A stretch of DNA of 64,000 nt from the human T2T-CHM13v2.0 reference genome, Homo sapiens, in NCBI RefSeq assembly GCF_009914755.1, contig NC_060938.1. One strand, given 5' to 3'. Below the pieces are notes generated by a model. That model made no database searches. It had not been told where the DNA came from and saw only the letters and a program-made list of their open reading frames with translations. Of this stretch, positions 1 to 12,420 are shown in pieces. Every line of letters begins with the position of its first letter. The first letter of the stretch is position 1. Made by a program: the position numbers and the translations under genes.

Positions 1-95
1 TTTATTGAGCTACTGCTATGTGCCAGCTAGTGTTCTAGGCACTGGGAAACAAAATACAACAGGGAACGAGATAGTCCCTCGTTTATGGAGCAGTA
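1..95 (-). mobile_element. L2 3'-end fragment
   Basis: TTTATTGAGC..CTATGTGCCAG..TTCTAGGCACTGG is the reverse complement of the L2 3' terminus. Confidence 0.6.
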
Positions 96-109
96 CATAA
101 TGGACAGCA

Positions 110-300
110 CTTATAACACTTATCTGGCTCTTCTTATGTGCCGGGTACTTTTCTAAGCCCCTTTGCACATACTAATCCATCTTATTCTGATGACAAAGAC
201 ATTATTATCATCCCATTTTACAGAGGAGAAAACTGAGACACACAGAGATTCATTGACCTGAGATGCTTACTTCAGGCAGCAGGGTGTTTACTCACAGCTT
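110..300 (-). mobile_element. MIR
   Basis: CCCATTTTACAGAGGAGAAAACTGAGACAC is the reverse MIR core. Confidence 0.75.
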
Positions 301-2000
301 AATAATGTGCTGGAAGGTGTCAAGAAAACAAACATGTTCTTGCCTATCCCCAACACCCAAAGGCTCTCCTGTTGTGTTAATTATGAGAAACCTGATAACC
401 AGGCATTCCCTATTGCTAAAACAAGGTGAATTGCACTTCTCCATCATTGTGCTTGCCACAGCTGATTAAACTCATGGCCACATGCCACAATGGCCTGGTC
501 TAGCATGACCTTTAGTCATGCCAGCCTGTAACTGGCCATTATTAGCAAAATCTTATCCTCTTCTTCGAGGACAGATTTTTCTTACCCTCTTCTTGTTTTT
601 GGGTTGGAGCTGCTCCTTTACTGACATGAAATTGGGAATCTCAACTGGGCAGCTGCAGTTCTAAAAAGATGATGTCCAATTCCATGGAAGACCAAGTCTT
701 AAGGGTCACATGCAACTGCTATACCATGTGATGAAATTTAAAATGAGAGATATCTTTTCTCAGCTCCTTCTCCCATACTCAGGAGATGTCCAGGAAGATG
801 AAGAGAAGTGCTATAGCATAAATTAGTAATAGTCCATGAGGGTCCAAAGAGAAGGGCTGCTTGAATTGTTAAGGTACATTTGCCCTCTGACCATCTTTGT
901 TCAGGGCCTGAAGCACAGCTCTAACCAGGAGGTGCATTTTGACTCATTTCCTCACTCCTTTGTTCAGCCTTTGACTCATTCATTCACTTGTTGTGGATAT
1001 CCTAATTTCTGCAGTTTAAACTGTAAATATTCTTGGGGATGGAACTATCTGAGGTGGTCTGGGAATTATTAATTTACTGATGGCACACATCTTCACATTG
1101 TCCCTCAGCCTTCATGTAGTTCTGGCCCAGTTGCTTCTAAGATTTTATGAGTTGGCCTATAATGGGGCTGTGGAAAGTAAGGGGGATGTTGTGTTTGCAT
1201 CTGTTCCAGAAAAAAACTCTGAGTTAAAAGTATTCTGATTCCTATTAGGGTAGAACATCTTAGGGAGGAATTTGACAAATGTCTGAGAAAGAATATCTTT
1301 TGCCAGATTGAAGAATTGTGCAAGTGCATATTGCAAAAGGCTTTGTCCTATGTCTTTGTTTTTCAAATGCACAAGAAGCTGTTCAGTGGTGCACACACCA
1401 CCCCGCTGGGAAACAGGGACTTGTCAGCTGGCAAAATTCCATGATGCATTGGGAGAGGGAAATTCAGTGCATTCTTTGGTGGCTCTTTGCCTTGTCACCA
1501 TCTTGAGATGCCTATTGTAGGAAACATCTGTTGTTTTGGTCTGCCCAGCCTCTACTCTGTCTTTTCTGGCAATAGAATCTCTACTTTCCTTTGGGGAACA
1601 CCGTCCCTCACTCTACTCTTCATAACTTGAGTGGACTGATCCCACCTCCCAGTTCTAGGGTGAATGCATGACCCAGGCCTGATCAGTGTATGCCCTCCTC
1701 TGGTTTAGGAATGGTCATGTGACTTATGCTGGACCAGTGGATTCAATTTGGAGACTTTTTATTGAAACTCTGGAGAAAGACAAGCCCTGGGGTTTGTATG
1801 CTCTAAAGATGTAGGCCTGTAGTCATTGGTAGTTATTTGGTCACTATGAAGGAAAAGCTTGCTTCAAAATAAATCCAACACAGAGCAAAAGAAAGCTGAG
1901 AGAGGAAAGAGACAGGTTTCTTATAATATATTGTGAACACCTGGATCCCACTCTGCTAAAAGCTTCCTTAAATCTCTTGTTTGTATGAGCCAGTAGCTTC

Positions 2001-3803
2001 CTACGGTAGATTAAATATAGCCACAGTTTCTTTGTGGCTCCTTTCATTAAGAGATGGGGTCTATTTCCACACCTTTTGAATCTGGGCTGGCCTTGTGACT
2101 TGCCTGGACTCTTGAAGGTGGTGGGAGTGACACTGTGTGAGTTGTGGAGACTAGGCCTTGGGGTCCTTGCAGCTTCTGCCTTCACCCTGTGGGACCTCTG
2201 CCCTGAGACCACCCTTTAAGAAAACCATCTAGCCCTCTCCCTCTCCCTCTCCCCACGGTCTCCCTCTCCCTCTCTTTCCACGGTCTCCCTCTGATGCCGA
2301 GCCGAAGCTGGACTGTACTGCCGCCATCTCTGCTCACTGCAACCTCCCTGCCTGATTCTCCTGCCTCAGCCTGCCTAGTGCCTGCGATTGCAGGCGCGCG
2401 CCGCCACGCCTGACTGATTTTCGTATTTTTTTTGGTGGAGACGGGGTTTCGCTGTGTTGGCCGGGCTGGTCTCCAGCTCCTAACCGCGAGTGATCTGCCA
2501 GCCTCGGCCTCCCAAGGTGCCGGGATTGCAGACGGAGTCTCGTTCACTCAGTGCTCAGTGTTGCCTAGGCTGGAGTGCAGTGGCGTGATCTCGGCTCGCT
2601 GCAACCTCCACCTCCCAGCCGCCTGCCTTGGCCTCCCAAAGTGCCTAGATTGCAGCCTCTGCCCAGCCGCCACCCCGTCTGGGAAGTGAGGAGCGTCTCT
2701 GCCTGGCCGCCCATCATCTGGGATGTGAGGAGCCCCTCTGCCCGGCTGCCCAGTCTGGGAAGTGAGGACCGCCTCTTCCTGGCCGCCATCCCGTCTAGGA
2801 AGTCAGGAGCGTCTCTGCCCGGCCACCCATCGTCTGAGATGTGGGGAGCCCCTCTGCCCCGCCGCCCCGTCTGGGATGTGAGGAGCGCCTCTGCCCAGCC
2901 GCGACCCCCTCTGGGAGGTGAGAAGCGTCTCTGCCCGGCTGCCCCGTCTGAGAAGTGAGGAGCCCCTCCGCCCGGCAGCCGCTCCGTCTGAGAAGTGAGG
3001 AGCCCCTCGGCCCGGCCGCCACCCCGTCTGGGAGGTGTACCCAACAGCTCATTGAGAACGGGCCATGATGACGATGGCGGTTTTGTCGAATAGAAAAGGG
3101 GGAAATGTGGGGAAAAGATAGAGAAATCAGATTGTTGCTGTGTCTGTGTAGAAAGAAGTAGACATAGGAGACTCCATTTTGTTCTGTACTAAGAAAAATT
3201 CCTCTGCCTTGGGATGCTGTTGATCTACGACCTTACCCCCAACCCGGTGCTCTCTGAAACATGTGCTGTGTCCAGTCAGGGTTAAATGGATTAAGGGCGG
3301 TGCAAGATGTGCTTTGTTAAACAGATGCTTGAAGGCAACATGCTCGTTAATAGTCATCACCACTCCCTAACCTCAAGTACCCAGGGACACAAACACTGCG
3401 GAAGGCCCCAGGGTCCTCTGCCTAGGAAAACCAGAGACCTTTGTTCACTTGTTTATCTGCTGACCTTCCCTCCACTATTGTCCTATGACCCTGCCAAATC
3501 CCCCTCTGCAAGAAACACCCAAGAATGATCAATTAAAAAAAAAAAAAAAGAAAGAAAACCATCTAACCTACTGGAGGAGGAGAGGTCACGTGGAGCAGAA
3601 CCGAAGTCCCCTAGCTGCCCCACATGTCAGTGAGGTCGTCTCGGACCTCAGCCTTGCTGACCTTCCAGCTGAATGCAGCTGCACTGGGGGGCCCAGGTGA
3701 AACCAGCAGGTGGATGGCCCCATCAGCCCACAGAATCAGAGTTGTTATTTTAAGCCACAAGGTCTTGGGGGTGGCTCATTATACATTAATAAATTCGCTG
3801 ATA
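2001..3803 (+). mobile_element. MLT1 solo LTR (MLT1H/G-like) interrupted by the SVA
   Basis: TTGAATCTGGGCTGGCCTTGTGACTTGC before the SVA; CCAGCTGAATGCAGC..CAGCCCACAGAATC..TTTTAAGCCAC after it. Confidence 0.75.
2232..3551 (+). mobile_element. SVA retrotransposon, near full length (~1.32 kb), probably SVA_C (B/C group)
   Basis: CCCTCT hexamer head (~2232-2291), antisense Alu-like domain (~2292-2650), ~10 VNTR units (~2651-3035), SINE-R (~3036-3535), A-tail; perfect 14-bp TSD AAGAAAACCATCTA at 2218-2231 and 3552-3565. GACATAGGAGACTCCATTTT and GATAGAGAAATCAGATTG resemble B/C rather than D-F (from memory). Confidence 0.97.
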
Positions 3804-4284
3804 AATTTTTTATTTGCTTGAGTCCATTTGATTTTATTTTCTGTCATTCACAACAGAGAGTCAGGACTGATACACTTCTGTAATGAACTAAACCTTATCA
3901 GAAATGTACCTCTGTGGAACTTCTTCCCACCTATGAGTGAAACCAGCTGCCTTGATCTGGAGCTTCACTTGCCAAGCATGCATGCATGTGTGAATTCTCT
4001 TGCTGGTGGGATCTAGTTCTTGCTCATGTTTGTGTAACTTATCTGAACAATGGTGCCACTGTCTCCGAAGGGGTGGATTTCTCCAGCACATGCCCTTAAG
4101 GGAAGACCTTTCAACAGGTCCTTCTCTACTGGTCACTTATGGGGTTTAGCACTTGGCATTCCTCAGCCTTGTTGTAGCTCCTCTTCATAGGCTCTCACAC
4201 ATGTGACTTCTGGGGTTACTGATCTGTCCTGAAAATGCCCAGGAGAGGTGAAGCATCAGCTACTTGAGACTAAGAAAAGTAGTA

Positions 4285-4475
4285 GAGGCAGTGCAATAGC
4301 ATGGGCCCTGGAGTCAGACCTTCGTGGGCTCAAAGGCTGGCTCTGCCACCTGCTGCTGAGTGCCTTGTGCTCATCATGGAGCCTGTCTGAAACTCGGTCT
4401 CATAGGTGAAATGGGAGGTAATCATACTTCCTTCATGGGGTTGTGGTGACCAAAACATGAGGAGATGCCTCCCAT
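4285..4475 (+). mobile_element. MIR
   Basis: CTGGAGTCAGAC..GGCTCTGCCAC..AAATGGGAGGTAATCATACTT..GGGGTTGTGGTGA. Confidence 0.65.
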
Positions 4476-4719
4476 GCAGTGTTGGTAGCCCAGATTTAGC
4501 AGCGATCCTTCAACATTGTTCCTCTTGAAGGTGGCAGGATATCACAGAACACCACCCCACCACTGCCCATCATGTTTATTTCATTCTTAACACTAGACAG
4601 AATCATGTCTTGTTTGATTTGTTATCAAGTTTGTAACGGGTTGCCTGTAATGAAGGGGGTGTTTTCTGATAGCATTCCTTTCAAATACAGACTCATATCG
4701 TGATGGTGGTCAGAATGGT

Positions 4720-6720
4720 GATGATAATACAAACAAATGATAACATCATGTGAAAACGTTATGTGTAAGAACAATATGATGATGGGAAGAGGTGCTATGG
4801 CAACACATAGGACATAGGGGCTGAGAGTCTTCTGAAGGCAGAGTCAAAGCAGTCCCGCCTGATGTAGGTATTTGACACCTAGCAGGAATTTCTAAGGCAG
4901 GAGTTGGAGAGGAACGTCCAAGCAGAGGGAACGCATATGCAAAGGCATAGAAGTATGAGAAAGTATGTTCTAGAGACTGCAAGAAGTTCAGGATGCTGTG
5001 ATGTAGGTTGATTGTGAGGGAATAGAAGGAGGGTAGCTGCAAAGGGAGGTGGTGACCCATCATGAGGGACAAGGCAGCTACACACAAAGGAACGTCAACT
5101 TGGTGCTGTAGGCAGTGGGCATCATTACAGAATTTTAAGCAGGAGAGTAACATGAATAATGTTTTAGAAAGATCAAGCAGTGAGTAGTTTGGAGGGGGTG
5201 CAAGACTCCAGGCTGGGAGACCACTTATGAATTAATTACAAAAACCCACCTAGAGACCATGCGCATCTGAGTTAAGGTCAATGAGTTGATAGTGGGGTTG
5301 AAGAAAAGAAGGACTGAAAATATCAAGCAGGCAGTATTGTTGAAAGATGGCAGCCAGTTGGATGTGGAAGGGTGAAGGTGAAAGGGAGACATCAAAGATG
5401 CCTACTTGTTTTCTTACTTAGATGACTTCAGAAATTAGGTGGTGTCATGAATCACATTGGGTAGTACAGAAAGAGAAGCAGACTTGATGAGGGGCCAAGA
5501 AGGATTGTTTTGGATGTGTTGAATTTGAGACACCTTAAGAAATCTAAGTGAAGATATTTGTGCATATTCTAAATCAGATGTAGACCAAGCAATCACCAAT
5601 GTGTAGATGGGAGTCGGTGTGGATAAAATTGACCAGGGAAAAGTGTGATATCAGTCAGTGATCAAACTCCAGATGATGCTACCATTAAGTTGGGCATAGG
5701 AAGAAAAATCATGGAAGAGGATTGTAGCAGATTGCATTTTCCAAAGATGGCTGGAACAATCTCCCCTACCCCACATGCCCTTCTTACCTTGGGATTTTGA
5801 CACTCCTCCCAGAGAGACAAGGGCTGTGTTCCTTTCCCACAATCTGGGAAACTTTGACTCCACTGGAGGTGCTGCTAGGAGACTTCCAAGGCTAGGTAAT
5901 AAAAGAAGATACAGCTTTTGCTGGTTTTCCTAGGACATTCACCTTTGGAGCCCTGAGCCACTATGTAAGAATCAGAGGCTGCCATGATTTGAAGGACTCA
6001 GGTTACAGGGAGAAGCCACGTGTAGGTCTTCTGGCCAACAGCCTCAGCTGATGTCCCACTGACAGCCAGCATCAACTGCCAGGTGTGAGTGAAGATATCA
6101 GCAGATGATTCCTGCCCCCAGCCGTAAATTCAACCCTAGCCTTTGAGTCCTCTGTGGAGCAGAGACAAATCATGCCTTCTCTGTGCTTTCTGAATTCCTG
6201 ACCTGTAGAATCTGTGAGCATTATAAAATTGTTACTTTAAGTTGCTAAGTTTTGGGAAAATTTGCTATACAAATAGATAACCAGAACAAGGACAAAAAGG
6301 AGGAGTCAAGAGAAGTTGGAAGCCAACTGAGAGAGAGGGAAGGCTTGAAGTGGTCAGGACAGTGAACACCTAAGAGACATCCACTGAATTTGCCCACTAG
6401 GAAGCCATTAGTGACTTCAATAGGAACATCTTCAGTGCATCATGAAGGCCAAAGATTGCCATGAAAGAGAGGAATGGAAATGGAGTGTGGGCCACTTTTT
6501 CAATAAGCTTGGCCATGAAACAAGGGACAGAAACAGTGGAAATTAGATGGAGATGCAAAGTCAAAATTTTTCTTTAAAAGATGTTAGAGAGAGATTTGAG
6601 AAGAGAAAAAGGTTGGAGATGCAGCAGGAAAAAATTACTAGAGGAATGTCTTGAGGGAAATAGGAGGAGTTAGGTGGAAACAGTCATATTTCTGAGAAAA
6701 TGTTCTTGAACAACCTCTGG
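4720..6720 (-). mobile_element. L2 fragment interrupted by an MLT1 LTR
   Basis: AGCAGAGGGAACG..TGCAAAGGC, TTTTAAGCAGGAGAGTAACATG and TTTTGGATGTGTTGAATTTGAG are typical antisense L2. Confidence 0.7.
5723..6288 (+). mobile_element. MLT1 solo LTR (MLT1E/F/G-like), complete
   Basis: TG...CA termini, 5-bp TSD AGGAT/AGGAC, internal GGAGCCCTGAGCCACTATGTAAGAA and CAGCATCAACTGCCAG. Confidence 0.85.
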
Positions 6721-7305
6721 TGTAGAGGGAAGGAGGTTTAATGGGTGGTGGAGGAGACAATTTCTGAGGCTAGGGGCCATGACTATTTTAAGTTCTGGGC
6801 TGCCAGAACTTAAAACTAGTCTAGGGATTAACAACCACAGGAAGCAGCACTGTGGCATTTAATGTCTTATCATGGAGGAATTATTATTTTGATAGCAAAA
6901 ATTAGTTAACTTCACTGTCTATTTATAAAAGGTAAAACCTACTACATGGAATCTTAGATATCATCTTTTTGCCTCTACTCTGAGAAATTCTTTCTGTAAC
7001 ATGCTTACTGATTATCTATTTTCTTGCTTAAATATATAGTGATTTCTTTGTCTATTAAATATAATTTTACCTTTCTGAGTCTTCTACCCATTGATCCTAG
7101 TTCTCCCTTTGTAGTTACACAAAAGAGAAGAATTTCAGATCCCACTTTATCTTGTAATGAACCAAGGGTAGAGACAACAAAGGTGTGGGCCCAGAATTTA
7201 GGGTAACTACTATTTTAGCTCTAAGGGTAATGTGCCTCTCATTAGCCGACATTCGGTAAGACAGAAAACAAGAGAAGTATTAAGAATGAACCCAAGTAGA
7301 GTAGG

Positions 7306-7676
7306 TGTCTTAGTCCATTTGAGCTGCTCTAGCAAAATACCATAGACTGGGTAAGCTTATAAACAGCAGAAATTTATTTCTCACAGTTCTGGAGGCTGGA
7401 AGTCCAAGATCAAGGTGCCAACAAGTGTCTGGTGAGTTTCCTTATCTATAAGGTTCCTTATAGAGAGCTTCTTTATAGATAACCATCTTCTCACTCTAAT
7501 CTTACATGGCAGAAGGGGTGAGGGGTCTCACTCTGGCCTCCTTTATAAAGGCTCTAATGCCATTCATGAGGTCTTCCCCTATGACCTAATCACCTCCCAA
7601 AGGCCTCCTAATACTATTGGGGGTGGGGATTTCATCATATGAGTTTTGGAGGGACATACACTTTCAGACCACAGCA
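7306..7676 (-). mobile_element. MaLR solo LTR (MSTD/MLT1A-like), complete
   Basis: TGTCTTAGTCCATTTG..AAATTTATTTCTCACAGTTCTGGAGGCTGGAAGTCCAAGATCAAGGTG..CAGACCACAGCA; TSD GTAGG/ATAGG. Confidence 0.88.
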
Positions 7677-7681
7677 ATAGG

Positions 7682-7975
7682 TGAATCAACTGTGGCACAG
7701 ATCTATGGCACAAAAATCTATAAAAATGGTGTTGTGTTTTTGACATGTATAAGTTCACAATGGATTCAGTGTGGGGAAAAAAGTAGGTTGTAAAACATCA
7801 TATTGTAGAGACCCATTTTGTAAAGGACCAATATGCACAGAAAAAAGAGTACACACCAAAACGTTGATCTGGGTGTTTTCTCTGGGTGGCAGTATTATGG
7901 AGACTTTCATTTCCCTTGTGTAAAAGGAACATGTATTTCTTGTGTGTATAAATAGAATTAGTAAAACCAAAGCAA
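7682..7975 (+). mobile_element. Old L1 (L1M) 3' fragment
   Basis: ACACACCAAAACGTTGA..TCTCTGGGTGG..ATTATGGAGACTTT resembles an L1ME 3' UTR. Confidence 0.5.
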
Positions 7976-10900
7976 CCACTGAATCTGCGTGTGTGCTCAC
8001 TTCAAATGTGAAAGCTGACTATAATATTGCACAGTTACCTGTATGCAGGTAAGTGAGCCTGTGGGTGGCCCTTTCCTGATGTTTCACACCCTTGGATGAG
8101 GTCTTGCATCTTCTTGGTGGCTGCTGTGCTGGAGGGTAGTGGGAACACGGACAGACTCTGGCCGCAGGACAGCCTGTGTTTAGACGAAGAATAGGAAAGA
8201 ACACAGTAGACCCCTGGGAATCTGCTAGCCAGGTCTGGGAGGGCCTGGGCCTCAGCATCCTCTTTGCTTTCCTCATCTGGCCTTTTGACAGTGCCTTGGG
8301 ATCTGTGGGTGCCGTGCTGGCCTTCCAGTGCTCTCTGACAGGTCTTCCTATTAGTGTTGGAGGCTGGATGAGGAGATCATTCTGGTTTATTGTGGTAACC
8401 TCCTTAGGTACAATTAGGACTTGGGGCAGGCTGGGCTCAAAACAGTGTAGGGGAGTTGTTTTTCAGTTTTGTTTCTCTTTCCTTGCCTCTTTTCTTTTAA
8501 TCTTAGGTTCTGGGGTGTGGGGGTGTGTGTGTGTGAGACAAATCTATTTGGAAGAACTGTATTCTCCCAATTGTTTCTTTGAAATGTCCCTCTCTTCTTC
8601 TTCTCTGCCTCCCAGCACTTTATACTCACCTCTTCTAAAGTCCTCTATGGTGATGGATTGGCTCGTTCACTGTAGATTTATCTCTTTGCTCCACTAGACT
8701 ATGGGTGGACTCCTTCAGGTCAGGGACTCCATATTTCCAACTATACCGAAAGAACTCAGAAGACAGGGACTGTCTTAAATCTCCATACTCCTAGGGCTCA
8801 GCACTTTATCAAGTGCTGAAAAATTATCTATTGGTGATGGCACCAAGCAGCATATCATCATAAATATGTGAGTTTTTGGTGTCCCTGAATCATGGTGCAT
8901 ATTCACTCTATATGCTTTGTTATTTTACTTCAGCGTGTGAAATATCGCCTTATGATCTGAACATGTAATACACTGTGTCTGATAGCAGGAATTGGCTGAG
9001 CTCTTCCTTATTTTTTGTGGTAGACTTCTCTAAGCAAATACATTTCCTCTGATGGACTTCACTTTGAGTTTACAGGCAGGTACATCCAATGCTGACCTCC
9101 GAAGTTCCCACTGCAGTGTCTAGGTGGTGGAAAGTTTGGCATGGCCAGGAGACAGCTTTAAGCTCAGAGGGTAGCATTGGGAAAGGATGATTTCTGGCAA
9201 GGATTTATGTAAAAGCTTTTCAAAATTGTGACTGTATCTTAAATGAATACTCAGTTTCTTGTTTTTGTAAAGAGCTATTTTCCACTGGAGAACAACCTTA
9301 GATTTTATGTTATGCTGTGTAAAAAGCTTCCAGAAAATGTCAGGGTATTTTCCAAAGGTACCCTAGGAGGTAGAAGCAATGAAAACACTTAAAAAATCTG
9401 TATTCTCATGGATATTGGCCATTTAATTTGTTTATCATTGATTCTTCGGCCAAAAATAATTCTAACTGGGTGAGAATGAGGACTGGGGAGTGAGACAGCA
9501 GAGGTTTTTGGGTCTAGCACTCCCCAGGACAGGACTCCATTGATTATTAGTCAAGAGGACGTGATTGGAGACCAAATTTCTTTTTCTTTGCTCACATGTC
9601 ATTCACTCCTTTGAACCATGTTTCCTAGCCTGGAGCAGATGGTTTCCTCCTGGCGACAGATCATCTGCCTCTGCTTTCTGTGTTAGCTTATGTTTTCAGG
9701 TTTATGTGGAACAATTCTAGATAGAGGAAATTACTTAGGGGAAAAAAGATTTAATATGATGAACATGTTTTATGGATCAAGTCCTATGTTAGGTGTTTTA
9801 CATAGACTCTCATTTATTTCTGTCAACTGGTTCTGCAAAAGGAACCGATTTTCATTCCCACTTACGATTGAGCAAACCGAGGTGCAGAGAATTCCAGAAA
9901 AGTACTTAGGCCCCTGGGAAGAGTCTGGATTTGAATCTGAGTCTGTCTAGTTGCAAAGTCCTGTGCTTTCCAATGTACCATGCTGCCTTAATAGCACAGC
10001 ACAGCAAGATTCAGGTCACCCACACAGGTGGGTGGAAAGAAACGGTTGGGAAGAAACCTTTCTGGACAGGTTTTTATTATATTTTGAACATCTAGGGTAG
10101 AGTATACGATGGCCAGGCAGGAGGCATGAAGCTGGCAAAGCCACTTTGGCACCTTCTGCCTATAAGACAGCCTCTGTTTATTTCATGCCAGAGAATGTGG
10201 AGAGTGGCTTAAATGATTTATGTTTGAAGGATTTTTTTTTTTTGGTTGACAAAAATGCCTCTATTGCAATAAGCCTTGGATACTCAATTTTTAATAAACT
10301 GGGCTCAGCAGCTGCATAGGGTCAAGAGAGACAGACTGTGTGTATGCCGAGGAGGTGTCAAGTCAAATGCACCTCTGGTCAGGATCCCTCCTGAGCAGAC
10401 GGATTTTCCATGGCCTGACTTGTAGGGATTAACCCTGGATATTCAGGACTTGAGGGTACGCTGTCCTCTGGGAGGCCATCAAGGATAGCTGTTTGGAAGC
10501 CTGAGACTGGGGACTTTAGTGGGAGCGGGTCTGTTGTCTGTGTTATTACCAGGGAGTTTCCAAGGACGGAGACTGTTATAAGCTATAGATTTAAGACTGA
10601 CACATTGAACTGTATCCAGACTCCATGTTACCCTGGGCAGATCCTCAAGTCCTGGGAGTTGGGCAGCTGCAAAGGCCAGTAGCAGGGAGTCATCATGGAA
10701 CTTGTTGCTAATGTTTATGCAGTGGCCTGTATGGCGCAGCATACAATATAGCTATTGTTCTGTGTTTCAGGAGTGCCAGTTAGTGGCTGGTGTTAAAATG
10801 TGTCCAGGATTTGGATGGAGAATCCTCTCTGTCTACCACTGTGTTAGATTTTGGAGGGATATCCAGACTGTGCCTGGGGGTAAAGGCTGGAGATGGAATA

Positions 10901-10984
10901 GGTTAGGGCAGATACTGAGACTGGGCCCAAGGTAGAAGGCCCAGGAGAGCCATGTGGCCCAGAGATCACATATTTAAACTTTCA

Positions 10985-11740
10985 AAGTTTATTTCAAAAT
11001 TAATATACAGTAAATGCAACACAGTTTTTGGTGAACAGTTACATGAATTTTGACAATGCATACAGTTGTGTAACCACCACAATCAAGACACAGAGCAGTT
11101 CCATCCTTGCTCCCCACCCCAAATCTCTTGTTTGCTCCTTTTCATTGACTCCCTCTACCTTAACCCCTGACAACCAGTGGTCTGTTTTCTTTCTCTAGAG
11201 TTTCACCTTTTCTAAAAGGATGTTACATAAGTGGAATTATGTAGTATTTTGAGTCTGGCTGCTTTCATGTACTATAATGCATTTGCCATTCATCCATGTT
11301 CTTGCATATATTGGTAGTTCCTTTTTATTGGCTGAGTAGTATTCCATGATGTGAATGTATCATGGTTTGTTCATGCATTCACCAGATGAAGGACATTTGG
11401 GTTGTTTCCAGTTTTTGGCAATTATGAATAAAGCTGTTAGAAACATTAAAGTATAGGTTTTTGTATGAACATAAGTGTTCACTTCTGTTGAGTAGATACT
11501 TTGAGTGGGATTGCTGGGTCATATGGTAAATGTATGGCTAACTTTATGAGAAACTGCCACACTGTTTTCCAGAGTGACTGTACCATTTCGCATCCCCACC
11601 ATCCATGTATGAGGGGTCTAGTTGCTCTGCATTCTAGCCAGCACTTGGTATTGTTGATATTTTTTATGTATTTATATTTATTTTTAGCATTCTAATAGTA
11701 TGTGGTATCTCATTATGATTTTAATTTGCATTTCTATTTA
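10985..11740 (-). mobile_element. L1MB/ME-type 3' end
   Basis: TTGTGTAACCACCACAATCAAGA, GGACATTTGGGTTGTTTCCAGTTTTTGGC, GGGATTGCTGGGTCATATGGTAA, AAACTGCCACACTGTTTTCCA. Confidence 0.85.
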
Positions 11741-11880
11741 AATGTTTTGGATGTTGTTTCCAAATGAAGTCATGTGTATAGTCACTATTGTCAGGATTGA
11801 AAGAAGTAAATAGCACAAGTATATTGAATTGTATTTTTGACTGCTGTTAACAGATGCTCAACCATAGATGAGGCACAATT

Positions 11881-12184
11881 TCCTTTTCCTTTAAATTTTA
11901 GGCATGGTCTTGCTCTGTCACTCAGGCTGGAGTGTAGTTGCATGATCATAGCTCACTGCAACCTTGAACTCCCGGCTTCAAGCAATCCTCCTGTCTCAGC
12001 CTCCTGGGTAGCTGGGACTAAAGGCATGCACCACTACACCTGGCTAATTAAAAAAATTTTTTTTGTAGAGCCGGTGTTTTGCTGTGTTGCCTGAGCCGGT
12101 CTCTAACTACTGGCCTCATGCAGTCCTCCCGTGTTCAGCCTCCTAAAGTGCTGAGATTACAGGCATGAGTCACTGTACCCAGCC
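11881..12184 (-). mobile_element. AluJ
   Basis: Dimeric Alu with J-type ATCATAGCTCACTGCAACCTTGAACTCC; TSD AGGCACAATT/AGGCATAATT. Confidence 0.92.
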
Positions 12185-12199
12185 AAGGCATAATTATAC

Positions 12200-12420
12200 A
12201 TCATTCACATAAAGGAATTCCAGCTGTAGACTATTCAGAGGTGATAGGTGGCCAGGGACCCAGGTTCCCACTTTCTGTGTCATCATCCTTCAGTTGTGGC
12301 TTGCTTTCTCAAGGTCACAAGATGGTTGCTGGAGCTCCAGCCATAACACTTGCTTTCCAGGCAGGAGAGAGGGAAAAGGAAAAGGCCCTCAGTTTTTTTT
12401 TCCCCATGGTAGAAGAGCCT
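12200..12420 (-). mobile_element. Old MLT1 LTR fragment
   Basis: GGTCACAAGATGGTTGCTGGAGCTCCAGCCAT..TTCCAGGCAGGA. Confidence 0.55.

Larger units (their letters stand above)
1517..3873 (+). mobile_element. Old MaLR LTR (MLT1K-like), split by a second MLT1 and an SVA; pieces ~1517-2000 and ~3805-3873
   Basis: CATGACCCAGGCCTG, GGTCATGTGAC and GAACACCTGGATCC motifs; 3' end TTTGCTTGAGTCCATTTG..TTTTCTGTCATTCACAAC..CTGATACA resumes after the inner LTR. Confidence 0.6.

Noticed and set aside
2380-3060. CpG-rich stretch as a CpG-island promoter
   Set aside because: The CpGs belong to the SVA and show decay consistent with methylation.
2182-3528. Several 70-160 aa ORFs on both strands
   Set aside because: All lie within the SVA (Alu-like, VNTR and SINE-R domains); GC-rich repeats lack stops by composition.
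8176-8697. 173-aa hydrophobic ORF resembling a membrane protein
   Set aside because: Non-ATG start, T-rich low-complexity intronic sequence, no recognisable domain or exon structure.
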